Positions 26,649 through 35,862 of a stretch of 64,000 nucleotides of DNA are shown here, piece by piece. Below the pieces are notes generated by a model, which did not search any database, was not told the DNA's origin, and saw only the letters and a program-made list of their open reading frames with translations. Within the stretch, counting starts at the first letter, position 1, and every line of letters begins with the position of its first letter. A program made the translations under genes and the position numbers. Source of the DNA: an uncultured Clostridia bacterium. GTDB lineage: Bacteria; Bacillota; Clostridia; Oscillospirales; Ruminococcaceae. The DNA is taken from positions 4,876 to 68,875 of the forward strand of contig CAMNNQ010000161.1 in assembly GCA_946545645.1 (NCBI GenBank), given 5' to 3'.

Positions 26649-29329
26649 CAGTATAATCCGTAGATCCATTTAGTGCTTATCTTGCCAAACAGTGAGAGCT
26701 TCGGGCGTACTATATCATTTTTCAACTTGTTGAGCGTAGTACGCGCGTAGCTGATATCCTGATCCGAGATCTCGTTAGTACTGTGTTCTGCTTCAATCGC
26801 TAGTGCTGACATCTTTTTGATGTCGGAAACAATACCCTTGAGTTTCAGTTTTTTACAAGTCTTGGCAAGATTCAATGCCTGCTGTTCATCTGTTATATTG
26901 CTCTCATCGGAGATGTTTATGACAGACAGATATTTCAGGTAATACATATAGCAGTATTTAATTGCTTTTCTGTTATCCTTGTCGCAAATCTGCTTTCTTT
27001 GTTTCTTGAGCCTTATGCTTCTGTTTATCAAAAGCACGATAACTGCAAATAATATCAGCAGACCGTTAACAATTGCTATCTTTGCAGCTGTGCTTAGCGG
27101 TTTGCTCGTCCCGCTGTCACTGCTGTCAATCCCGCCGCCGTTACCGCCGCTAACATCAACGCTGGTGGGGACCCCTGCAGGCTTGGAGGTCTGTGCAGAG
27201 GATCCTTTATCTGAGGTCACTGCGGAAAAGGTAGTTTCCGGTGCGGTCGTAGTGGCAGGAGGCTGTGTTGTGGCTGCTGAAGTCGGAGTAGTAACAGTCT
27301 GAGTCTGAGATGCAGGCTTGGGAAGCTCAGGTCTGTTGGGATTTGTATTGTCATATCCAGGTGTAAATTCTACCGGGAGCCAGCCATAACCGTTGATAAA
27401 CACTTCGCACCAGGCATGGGCGTCTCTGTCTGTAGGATTTGCCTCGTTCTGACCGTTATTAGTTTTGAACTGTAAAGGATCAATAACATACCCCTCGCAG
27501 TATCTTGCTGGTATTCCGAATTTTCTCATCAGAAGTGTCCCGGCTGAAGCAAAATATGCACAATATCCTTTTTTCTTGTCCATAAAATCATCGATAAAAT
27601 CCTTACCGGATTCTGTTTTGCCGGGATGGAGGTCATACTTGAATCCCTGATCATTAAAGTATTTTTTTACAGCAGACGCAATATCAGCAGTTTTTTCTGT
27701 TTCGGTATACCATTCTGCAGGGAGTGTTGAGAGTATATCGTTATATGCTCTGTCAAGCTGACTGGATGAGTGGACATCAAGATAATTGTTGAAAACAAAT
27801 TCTGAATAGTATTCGTTTATTGGCTCCAATTTAAGACTGCTCAGGACATTTGATAAATACCTGATACAGCTTATAGTATCGTTGGGATAGTTTTTGGGGA
27901 TTGCTGTCAGATCTATAAATTCTCTGAACTGGTATGGGAATCCATCAACATCAGCGGCATCCAGTTTTACATATGAATCTTTGTAAGGACGTGCTCTTCT
28001 GTTAGTGTAGTCATTTCCTATAGGCTCACTGTTATAATCTGTAAAATACGGTGCATAGATATATTTTGTGCTTGCTTTGTTTAATCTTACAGATATCTGA
28101 TTTTTGACCGCATCTGTATAAACAGTCGAGTATGAGAACATCAGATGGCTGAAATTTTGTATAGGGATTCCTAAGTTGTCAAACAGATTCATTGTTTGCT
28201 TGTCTGGTTTGTTGTCGATCGGATCCCAGCAGTTATCTTCGTAATGGCCAGCAATATAGCCTCTCAGATAGATCGAGTTCTTAGGTATCTTTTCGACTTT
28301 GACATTCATTGCTATCTCATCGGAGAAATCTAGCCTGTCTTTATCTCCGAGCCTGCCATTTGTAGCGGCACCAACATCTCTCGGACCGAATCCGAAACCG
28401 CCGTCATAGTCTGCGAACATACTTTTGAGATATGACAAAGAGAATTCATCAACAGCTTCAGTAATCTGGCGCCTGAGATCTTTAAATGAATCCGGTCTTG
28501 TAAAGCCGCTGATCTTGGAAAACAGGACAGAGATCAGAAAAATAGAGCCGCATAGCAGTGCGATCGAGACCATATATACTGAAAAGAACTTCTTTTTCAG
28601 GTTCTTTGAAGTAAAATAGAACGCCTGTTTCTTCCTGTGGACAGCGAAAGTGTTGTTGACTCCAGCTTTGTTGGTCGTGTGATTGACAAGAGTAATGGCT
28701 ATAACCATGATCCAACATATTATAACTGTCAGGATAGGGAATATCGGCGGATCCCAGCCGTGATAAAGTCCGATCTCAAGAAATGGGAATGTAGCCAGAA
28801 ACAGTATAGAGAAATTGAGTCTTATAATACATCCGAGGCTGACCAGTGCGGCAATTATGATCGCACAGAAGATCATAAAAGTCGAAAACCTGTCGTCAAT
28901 TACGTTCTTATTGATCTCTTCTACCGCTTTTGCAGCAAAATCAGAGTCGATTTCTGCGCGGGTAATGTATTTATCAAGCGCTACATAGAGTCCGTCAATG
29001 ATATGCTTGAATGAATATGCGATATAGAAGAAATGTGCAAGAAGCGAGACCAGTCCGACAGTTTTAGCTATCATGTTAGATGATATAAATGCAGCGAAGC
29101 TGATACATATCACAGCGCAAGTTATAATCCCCGTCGGCTTACATTCAAGAAAGCTGCATAATACAAGCATTGTGCAGATCGAAGCCAGGATCGCAATAAA
29201 AGTTTTTATGATCGCAAGCCTGTCCTTGTTCACCGTGAACATTGTAGACAGCGATATATCGCCGTTGATCACAACGCCGGTGCTCGTCATAATACCTTCA
29301 TCGGTATTATTGATCCTTCTTTTTTTCAT
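26648..29329 (-). CDS. Multi-TM transglutaminase-like (TgpA / DUF3488-type) protein
   Basis: N-terminal TM bundle, YLRGY, KKGYCAYFASA (Cys), DAHAWCEV (His), GWLPVEFTPG, S/T/P linker, C-terminal TM. Confidence 0.9.
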   Translation of the reverse strand: MKKRRINNTDEGIMTSTGVVINGDISLSTMFTVNKDRLAIIKTFIAILASICTMLVLCSFLECKPTGIITCAVICISFAAFISSNMIAKTVGLVSLLAHFFYIAYSFKHIIDGLYVALDKYITRAEIDSDFAAKAVEEINKNVIDDRFSTFMIFCAIIIAALVSLGCIIRLNFSILFLATFPFLEIGLYHGWDPPIFPILTVIICWIMVIAITLVNHTTNKAGVNNTFAVHRKKQAFYFTSKNLKKKFFSVYMVSIALLCGSIFLISVLFSKISGFTRPDSFKDLRRQITEAVDEFSLSYLKSMFADYDGGFGFGPRDVGAATNGRLGDKDRLDFSDEIAMNVKVEKIPKNSIYLRGYIAGHYEDNCWDPIDNKPDKQTMNLFDNLGIPIQNFSHLMFSYSTVYTDAVKNQISVRLNKASTKYIYAPYFTDYNSEPIGNDYTNRRARPYKDSYVKLDAADVDGFPYQFREFIDLTAIPKNYPNDTISCIRYLSNVLSSLKLEPINEYYSEFVFNNYLDVHSSSQLDRAYNDILSTLPAEWYTETEKTADIASAVKKYFNDQGFKYDLHPGKTESGKDFIDDFMDKKKGYCAYFASAGTLLMRKFGIPARYCEGYVIDPLQFKTNNGQNEANPTDRDAHAWCEVFINGYGWLPVEFTPGYDNTNPNRPELPKPASQTQTVTTPTSAATTQPPATTTAPETTFSAVTSDKGSSAQTSKPAGVPTSVDVSGGNGGGIDSSDSGTSKPLSTAAKIAIVNGLLILFAVIVLLINRSIRLKKQRKQICDKDNRKAIKYCYMYYLKYLSVINISDESNITDEQQALNLAKTCKKLKLKGIVSDIKKMSALAIEAEHSTNEISDQDISYARTTLNKLKNDIVRPKLSLFGKISTKWIYGLY

Positions 29330-29348
29330 GTTGTCACCTATTTTATCT

Positions 29349-30539
29349 TTATATAGCTATATAATCAAGGGTTTCCTGAATACTGCCAGCAGGAAGCGGC
29401 AGATATTCAAACTGATCTTCGGTATATCCCGGGCCTGTTTCATCTGAGGCAACGATGGCTGTATATCTGTAAGCATACTGAGAATCGACCAATTGTGAAC
29501 GTTCATCGTCGTTCAGGCTTGTGGTGCAGAGTATAAGATGGGCATATTTGGGAGCACCCTGGGTTATTTCAGATATAAGCTGGCAGGAAGAGCGGATCCT
29601 GCTGCCGAAGCAGGAGGTGATCAGGCTCTTCATAGCAAAGGAATAGCTCTCTATATCTCCGATAATATATTTCCTGAATCCGTCAGGATCGTCAGAGGGG
29701 AACAAAAGTGTATGCGTTACTTCATTTTCTGCAAGACGCATTGAAATAGCGGAGATCGCGTCTATCACAGCATCAAATCTGAAAAGCAGTGTATCGTTGT
29801 CTTCGATATGCGATAGGTCAGGAACAAGGAGAACAGCATTGGTTATTGGAAGGGAATAGTCTTTTACGATCAGCTCGCTTTGTTTGGCTGAAAGTTTCCA
29901 GTGTATCCGGCTGATCTTGTCGCCTTCGCTGTATTCACGGATATTGAAGATCTCGCTTGGGTCGTCTCCTTTTTTGCTTTTGGAATAGTTCTCGCTTTCA
30001 AGCCCGAGATCAGAATAATCTTTGATAGCAGACTCCAAGGGGATGTAGCCGGGAAATACAACAAGCCTTGTATTCCTGAGGACACCGCCTTTATTGCCTT
30101 TGACCCTTACCCGGATTATCCGGAGCATATCAAAGATCTTGACTTTTGCGAGCTCCAGTGAGAGCATACCATAATGGTTATAAGCAAATTTAACAGTCAG
30201 GATTTGTGAATTATGCGGAAATACCGGAGTATGGATCGTCAGCTTTTCAGCCTTGTCTGAAAATTCAGTCTTGTATTTTATTACAATATCGCAATTCGGG
30301 ATGGGGATAAGGGTCGGGTTATCGATAATGATGTTTACCGCACACCCGCTTGCTTTTGGAACAGACTGTTCACGCCTTTCAAAGCTGACTTTCAGTTTTA
30401 TTTTGACATAAAGCATCAGTGAACCGAATATTATTGGATAAGAAGCAACGAAGCAGAAAAGGTAAAATGAGAATGCACCTTCATATTGAATGTAGAAAAG
30501 CAGCGAAACAGCAAACAGTAGAATATATACAAAGATCAT
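29349..30539 (-). CDS. DUF58 domain protein with N-terminal TM segments
   Basis: IREYSEGDKISRIHWKLSAK DUF58 signature; 4-nt overlap with the MoxR gene. Confidence 0.9.
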   Translation of the reverse strand: MIFVYILLFAVSLLFYIQYEGAFSFYLFCFVASYPIIFGSLMLYVKIKLKVSFERREQSVPKASGCAVNIIIDNPTLIPIPNCDIVIKYKTEFSDKAEKLTIHTPVFPHNSQILTVKFAYNHYGMLSLELAKVKIFDMLRIIRVRVKGNKGGVLRNTRLVVFPGYIPLESAIKDYSDLGLESENYSKSKKGDDPSEIFNIREYSEGDKISRIHWKLSAKQSELIVKDYSLPITNAVLLVPDLSHIEDNDTLLFRFDAVIDAISAISMRLAENEVTHTLLFPSDDPDGFRKYIIGDIESYSFAMKSLITSCFGSRIRSSCQLISEITQGAPKYAHLILCTTSLNDDERSQLVDSQYAYRYTAIVASDETGPGYTEDQFEYLPLPAGSIQETLDYIAI

Positions 30540-31516
30540 ATTACCACCCTGCCGCGGAGCTTCGGGACCTGTACTGAATCGATTATGCTCTTCAGCACCA
30601 GCTCTGTGTTCATATTGTTGAGCCTTGCTTTTGAGTTCAGGATGATCCTATGCGAAACTACATCCTTGAAAGAGTAAACGACATCGTCCGGAGTAACATA
30701 ATCCCGGCCTTTGAGGAGAGAAGTAGCTTTTGTCATTTTGAGCAGGGCAATAGAGCCTCTGGGCGAAAGTCCAAGCTTCAGATACTGGTTATGTCTTGTT
30801 GCATCGGCCAGCCTGACGATATAATCAAATACTTCGTCGGAAACATATATCTCATCGACTATTTTCCTTGCTTCAATAAGCTCCCGGGCTGATACAACAG
30901 AATTGACTGTTTCAACAGTAACCTGATTATGTTTGGCTTTGAGCATCTCTATCTCATTTTCAATATTCGGATAGCCCATGCTGAGCCTTACGATGAATCT
31001 GTCCATCTGAGATTCAGGCAAAGACTGGGTACCGATAGAGCCTATCGGGTTCTGCGTAGCGATAACGATATAAGGATCCGGCATACGGTAGGTCGTTCCA
31101 TCGACAGTTACCTTGCCTTCCTCCATTATCTCAAGCAGAGCAGATTGAGTTTTAGATGAAGTTCTGTTGATCTCATCGGCAAGGAAGAGATTGGTCATTG
31201 CTGCACCCTGCTTGAATTCAAACTCATTTGTAGCTTTATTGTATATAGTGAAGCCTGTAACATCGGTCGGGAGAACATCCGGTGTAAACTGGAGCCTTTT
31301 GTAATCGAGGGAAAGAGATTTGGATAATGCGAGCGCCAAAGTAGTTTTTCCGACTCCGGGGATATCTTCCAGGAGGATATGGCCTCCTGCGAGTATCGAG
31401 AGAAGGACTTTGATTATAGTCTCATCTTTGCCTATGATGACTTTTTTGACCTCTCCGATCACCTTTTGCGATAATTGAAGTACTTTTACCTGTTCATCGC
31501 TGAGCTTTTGTGACAT
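30536..31516 (-). CDS. MoxR family AAA+ ATPase
   Basis: GHILLEDIPGVGKT, RLQFTPDVLPTD, LADEINRTSSKTQSALLE, ATQNP, LPESQMDRF, SPRGS; start MSQK after AAAGGAG. Confidence 0.96.
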   Translation of the reverse strand: MSQKLSDEQVKVLQLSQKVIGEVKKVIIGKDETIIKVLLSILAGGHILLEDIPGVGKTTLALALSKSLSLDYKRLQFTPDVLPTDVTGFTIYNKATNEFEFKQGAAMTNLFLADEINRTSSKTQSALLEIMEEGKVTVDGTTYRMPDPYIVIATQNPIGSIGTQSLPESQMDRFIVRLSMGYPNIENEIEMLKAKHNQVTVETVNSVVSARELIEARKIVDEIYVSDEVFDYIVRLADATRHNQYLKLGLSPRGSIALLKMTKATSLLKGRDYVTPDDVVYSFKDVVSHRIILNSKARLNNMNTELVLKSIIDSVQVPKLRGRVVI

Positions 31517-31644
31517 TTTGATTTCTCCTTTTTGTATATTATCTGTCATATCTGCTGTGGCAGAAAACCTGCCGTTTAGCATCACTCATTATATAATAAC
31601 ATATTATATTCATTTTTTCAAGACTATTTGCTTGATTTGTTAAG

Positions 31645-31672
31645 TAATATTTCAAAATACGGAGCATATGAT
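31645..31672 (+). promoter_or_regulatory. Putative sigma-E promoter of the spoIIIA operon
   Basis: TAATATT-N13-CATATGAT versus the B. subtilis sigma-E consensus (T/G)CATATT-N14-CATACAnT. Confidence 0.5.
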
Positions 31673-31711
31673 GTACTAAAGAGGACAAGTCGGGAGGTGC
31701 TTATCTTTCCT

Positions 31712-32647
31712 ATGGCTAAAAGCAAACTGAATTTTGCGCTTTCTCTTCTGTCTCCGCCTGCGGCTGAATTGCTGAGATCCCTTACGTCGGCAGAGAAAGA
31801 ACGGATTAACGAGATCAGGCTAAGACGCCGCAGATCCCTGAGCGTTTCGATCAATGACACTGAGTATTTCATTTCTGACACAGGGATGCAGCTCTCGCAT
31901 GAGAATGTTTACAGAGTAACAGATGACGATATGATCTATACATACCGTTCTGCCCTGAAAAACTCTATCCATGCTTTTGAACGGGAGATATCCGAGGGGT
32001 ATGTAACTTCTGACGGCGGAAACAGAGTCGGCTTTTGCGGAAGGGCAGTACTGAACGGGAAAAGTATTGCATCAATTGACGATATTTCATCGATCAACAT
32101 ACGCATAGCCCGGGAGATAGATAGCTGCGGAGATGAATTTTACCGTGATCTTTCCCTGAGAGACTATCCTTCTCTTATTATTGCTGGGCCGCCTTCCAGC
32201 GGAAAGACAACTTTTCTTCGCTCACTCTGCTGTAAGCTGTCAGAAAAGAAGAGGATAGCACTGATCGATGAGCGTAACGAGCTTGCCGCGGTTTCGGCGG
32301 GAGTAGCATATAATAATGTCGGGTCAAGGACAGATATATTTACATCATATACTAAACGAGCTGCTATCATGATCGCTGTAAGAGTAATGTCGCCGCAGTT
32401 TATCGTCTGCGATGAGATAGGCGGCAGCGATGAATCGGAAGCCTTTGAATATGCTATTTGTTCAGGAGTCAAGCTTATTGCGACCTGCCACGCATCTTCT
32501 TTTGCAGAGCTTTATGAAAGGCCGGTAGTATCAGAGCTTATCAGGAGAAAAGCCTTTGATTACGCGGTGATCCTGGGAACTGGCCGGGACAGAGGACAGA
32601 TTATCGGGAAAAAAGTCATGCGAGAAGTTCCTGTTTCGATATGCTGA
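31712..32647 (+). CDS. spoIIIAA: Stage III sporulation ATPase SpoIIIAA
   Basis: INEIRLR, GGNRVGFCG, SINIRIARE, GPPSSGKTT, IDERNEL, PQFIVCDEIG; exact start uncertain. Confidence 0.92.
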   Translation: MAKSKLNFALSLLSPPAAELLRSLTSAEKERINEIRLRRRRSLSVSINDTEYFISDTGMQLSHENVYRVTDDDMIYTYRSALKNSIHAFEREISEGYVTSDGGNRVGFCGRAVLNGKSIASIDDISSINIRIAREIDSCGDEFYRDLSLRDYPSLIIAGPPSSGKTTFLRSLCCKLSEKKRIALIDERNELAAVSAGVAYNNVGSRTDIFTSYTKRAAIMIAVRVMSPQFIVCDEIGGSDESEAFEYAICSGVKLIATCHASSFAELYERPVVSELIRRKAFDYAVILGTGRDRGQIIGKKVMREVPVSIC

Positions 32648-33081
32648 AACTGGCAGGCTGCGTTATGCTTATCGCGGCGGGATCACTCTGGGGAATGAAA
32701 CGTGCAGAGATCCTTAGGGAGCGGAGACACCTGCTGGAGCTGATCATTGAAATGATGACATATTCTGCCGAGCGTATAAGATATCTACGGTGCACAGTTG
32801 ATGCTTTAAAAGGTTCAATCAAGGAGGAAAAACGGTTTTCTCCTCTTAATTCTCCTGAAAAACTCTCTTTGCTGTCAGCTTCAGAACGCAGCGAGCTGGA
32901 TATCTATTTCAGTAGGCTCGGCACCACAGATTCTGATGGCCAGCAAGCGATGATCGCATTGAGTATATCAGGTTTTGAACACTTTGCTTCCTTGGCCAGA
33001 GAGGAAGAGAAGAGAAAGTGCAGGCTATACGAGGTGCTTGGCTTCGTTGCAGGCGCTTTTGCGGCAGTTATTCTGATTTGA
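32641..33081 (+). CDS. spoIIIAB: Stage III sporulation protein AB
   Basis: MLKLAGCVML, RLGTTDSDGQ, LYEVLG; position in the operon. Confidence 0.85.
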   Translation: MLKLAGCVMLIAAGSLWGMKRAEILRERRHLLELIIEMMTYSAERIRYLRCTVDALKGSIKEEKRFSPLNSPEKLSLLSASERSELDIYFSRLGTTDSDGQQAMIALSISGFEHFASLAREEEKRKCRLYEVLGFVAGAFAAVILI

Positions 33082-33091
33082 GGTATTTTCT

Positions 33092-33286
33092 ATGGATGTT
33101 GATCTGATATTCAAGATAGCCGCTATCGGGATAATTGTTGCTGTACTAAACCAGCTTTTAAAACGAGCAGAGAGAGATGAACAGGCGATGATGACAACTC
33201 TTGCCGGATTGATCGTAGTGCTTATGATGATCGTCAACCAGATTGGAAATCTCTTTGATACCATCAAAAATGTCTTTGGCCTGTGA
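33092..33286 (+). CDS. spoIIIAC: Stage III sporulation protein AC
   Basis: MDVDLIFKIAAIGIIVAVLNQLLKRAERDEQAMMTTLAGL. Confidence 0.97.
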   Translation: MDVDLIFKIAAIGIIVAVLNQLLKRAERDEQAMMTTLAGLIVVLMMIVNQIGNLFDTIKNVFGL

Positions 33287-33672
33287 AAATGAGTGTTTTT
33301 TCCTGTGCTGCACTGTGCTTGACAGTTTGTGCTGCTTCAAGCCTGATGAAAGATAACGGTGATATCAGACTTGCTCTGAGCGTATTGACGGTCTGCGTTT
33401 TGTTTCTGTCAGTTTCGGCAGGCCTGACGGATATCGGGTCGATGGTGTCAAAACTAATTGAAAAGACCGGGCTCGATGAGATATATATGAAGGTCATATT
33501 TAAAGGATTGGGAATATGCTACATATCAAAACTCTCTTCGGATTGCTGTCGAGACAGCGGAAACACTGCGCTCGGTACACAGTTAGAAATAGTTGGGAAA
33601 ATAACTATGACCGTGATATCGCTTCCTCTGTTTCGTGCTGTAATAGAAATAATCGAAGCATTGTTGACCTGA
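33283..33672 (+). CDS. spoIIIAD: Stage III sporulation protein AD
   Basis: YMKVIFKGLGICYI, DCCRDSGNTALGTQLEIVGK, SLPLF. Confidence 0.92.
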   Translation: MKMSVFSCAALCLTVCAASSLMKDNGDIRLALSVLTVCVLFLSVSAGLTDIGSMVSKLIEKTGLDEIYMKVIFKGLGICYISKLSSDCCRDSGNTALGTQLEIVGKITMTVISLPLFRAVIEIIEALLT

Positions 33673-34811
33673 TCGGAAGGATATGTATCGTATTATCTGC
33701 AGTTCTGCTTATGATATTATCGGGGCCAGTGGTATATGCTGAGCAGGATGATCCGGATAAAAAACGGCAGGAGATCGCTGAGAATATTATCAGTGAGCTT
33801 AGATCAACGACGGATGAAAGTGTAAATGATGTTATCTCAGAATACTCACTGGCGGTTGACAGCGAAGACAATCTTTCAAAGCTTTCATTAAGCAGTATTA
33901 TTTCAAAGCTGATCAAGAGCTTTACAGATAATCTTCGGGAGCCGTTAAAAATGCTGGGGAAACTGATGGCTGCGGCTATTCTATGTACTATGGCACAAAG
34001 CCTTCTGACGGCCGACAATGAGCTTTCAGAGATCTATCGTGTTATAGGTATGCTGGGAGCAGTACTGGCCGTCTATGATTGTCTTGACAGTTGTATTGAA
34101 CTTGTGACTAAGTCGCTGGACAGCCTGTCGGCGTTTATGCTTTCATATATCCCGATCTTTTCTGGAGTTGCAGCTTCGCTGGGAAATTATACGGCAGGAA
34201 GCGGGTACTATGCTTCAGATCTCTTCCTCTGCGAATGTCTTGCATTTGTTACCGGGAAACTGCTGATCCCTCTTCTCAGTGTACTTACTGCTGTTTCTGT
34301 TGTAGGAGCAGTAAATCCTGATATCAAGCTCGGCAAAACAGCCGGAGCTGTTAAGAAGGTCATCCAATGGATATTAGGTATTATCATGGTGATCTTCAGC
34401 GGAACAATGACTCTCAAAGCTGCTGTCGGCAGTGCATCGGATACACTCAAAGCTAGGACTGTCCGTTTTGCAGCTTCCAGCTTTATCCCGTACATAGGAG
34501 GTGCTGTCTCAGAATCGTATTCTACATTAAGAAGCAGCCTGAGCGTTATAAAGGCAGGGACAGGCTCTGTCGGGATGATAATAATGGCTGTTCTGATCCT
34601 GAGGCCGCTGATAATAATTCTAGCCGTAAGAGCCGTACTTGCTTTATCAGGGCTTTTCTGTGATATTCTGGGAAGGCAGGATATGTCCGGCTTTTTATCA
34701 AGCTGCAATAATATCCTAGCCATAGGAATGTCGATAATGATATGTTTTTCAATGATGTTCATTATCTCAACGGCAATTGTTATGATGACATCAATGAATA
34801 TAGGTGTATGA
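33669..34811 (+). CDS. spoIIIAE: Stage III sporulation protein AE (start uncertain: CTG 33669 or ATG 33711)
   Basis: Signal-like N-terminus ending VYA-E, multi-TM, FIPYIGGAVSES; position in the operon. Confidence 0.88.
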   Translation: MIGRICIVLSAVLLMILSGPVVYAEQDDPDKKRQEIAENIISELRSTTDESVNDVISEYSLAVDSEDNLSKLSLSSIISKLIKSFTDNLREPLKMLGKLMAAAILCTMAQSLLTADNELSEIYRVIGMLGAVLAVYDCLDSCIELVTKSLDSLSAFMLSYIPIFSGVAASLGNYTAGSGYYASDLFLCECLAFVTGKLLIPLLSVLTAVSVVGAVNPDIKLGKTAGAVKKVIQWILGIIMVIFSGTMTLKAAVGSASDTLKARTVRFAASSFIPYIGGAVSESYSTLRSSLSVIKAGTGSVGMIIMAVLILRPLIIILAVRAVLALSGLFCDILGRQDMSGFLSSCNNILAIGMSIMICFSMMFIISTAIVMMTSMNIGV

Positions 34812-34812
34812 A

Positions 34813-35337
34813 ATGAGCTCGATAAAAAAAGCAGTCCTTGCAGCCTGCGCTGCCGGACTTATCAGTACGTTGGTACGTTCTGCTGCTGTTGGTGAGAGCG
34901 GGAAAAGAATACTGAAACTAATTGTAAATATGATGATCGTGATCGCTTTGATAAAGCCCCTGCTCGGAGGGGATTTTTCTGATCTGGTAGACGTCCTTCA
35001 AGTCAGAGAGCTTGACAGTCAAGCAGGATCCTCTGAACACAGCTTTGACGATTACTATATCGCCTCTGCCGAGCTTTCGACACGGTCAGAGGTCGAAAAA
35101 ACGATGAGAGAAAAAGGCATTGATTATTCATCAGTAGTCATAACCTGCGAGATAGATGAATATGATCTAATAGTGATCAGTAGGGTAAAGATAATTGTTA
35201 ATCGCAAAGAAGAAATTGCAAAGGCAAAAGCCTTTACAGACGAGATCTTTCCCACAGTTGCTGTTGAGATCCTGTCGGAGGATGAAAATGAAAGCAAACG
35301 AGCTGAAAATGCTTCTGAAGAAAGCAATATCGGGTAA
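34813..35337 (+). CDS. spoIIIAF: Stage III sporulation protein AF
   Basis: Two N-terminal TM helices with LKLIVNMMIVIALIKP; position between AE and AG. Confidence 0.75.
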   Translation: MSSIKKAVLAACAAGLISTLVRSAAVGESGKRILKLIVNMMIVIALIKPLLGGDFSDLVDVLQVRELDSQAGSSEHSFDDYYIASAELSTRSEVEKTMREKGIDYSSVVITCEIDEYDLIVISRVKIIVNRKEEIAKAKAFTDEIFPTVAVEILSEDENESKRAENASEESNIG

Positions 35338-35845
35338 GAATCGCCTCAGAGTCATTACAATTCTCTCGATAGTTGCTATCCTGCTGATATTTATTTCTGA
35401 AATGCTCCCGAAAAACCCAGGGCCATCCGGAACTACTGTAACAGATGATATTGGTCGTTCTTCTCCTAATCTATGTCAGGATTATGCAGAGAAAATGTCG
35501 GAGAAGTTGGAAACGGCTATTTCGGATATCAAAGGTGTCGGAGAAGCAGAGGTGATCCTTACGCTGGATTGCAGTGAGGAATACATTTTTGCTGAGGACA
35601 AGGCCGACGAACACAGTGCTAGCGGTGATGATACAGCAGAAAACAGCCACTCCAAGCCGGTGATGTCTGAAAGGAACGGTGTCAAAGAACCGATACTAAG
35701 GCGTATTACTGCCCCGAAATACAGAGGCGCTTTGGTGATATGTGACGGGGCGGCGGATATCAATATTCGTGAAAGGGTCATTAAAGCGGTGTCGGCAGCG
35801 CTTGATCTGCCGACCAGTAAAATCTGTGTAGAATACAGAAAATGA
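35288..35845 (+). CDS. spoIIIAG: Stage III sporulation protein AG
   Basis: IKGVGEAEVILTL, PKYRGALVICDGA, AVSAALDLPTSKICV. Confidence 0.9.
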   Translation: MKANELKMLLKKAISGKNRLRVITILSIVAILLIFISEMLPKNPGPSGTTVTDDIGRSSPNLCQDYAEKMSEKLETAISDIKGVGEAEVILTLDCSEEYIFAEDKADEHSASGDDTAENSHSKPVMSERNGVKEPILRRITAPKYRGALVICDGAADINIRERVIKAVSAALDLPTSKICVEYRK

Positions 35846-35862
35846 TATTGGAGGTAATTGTT

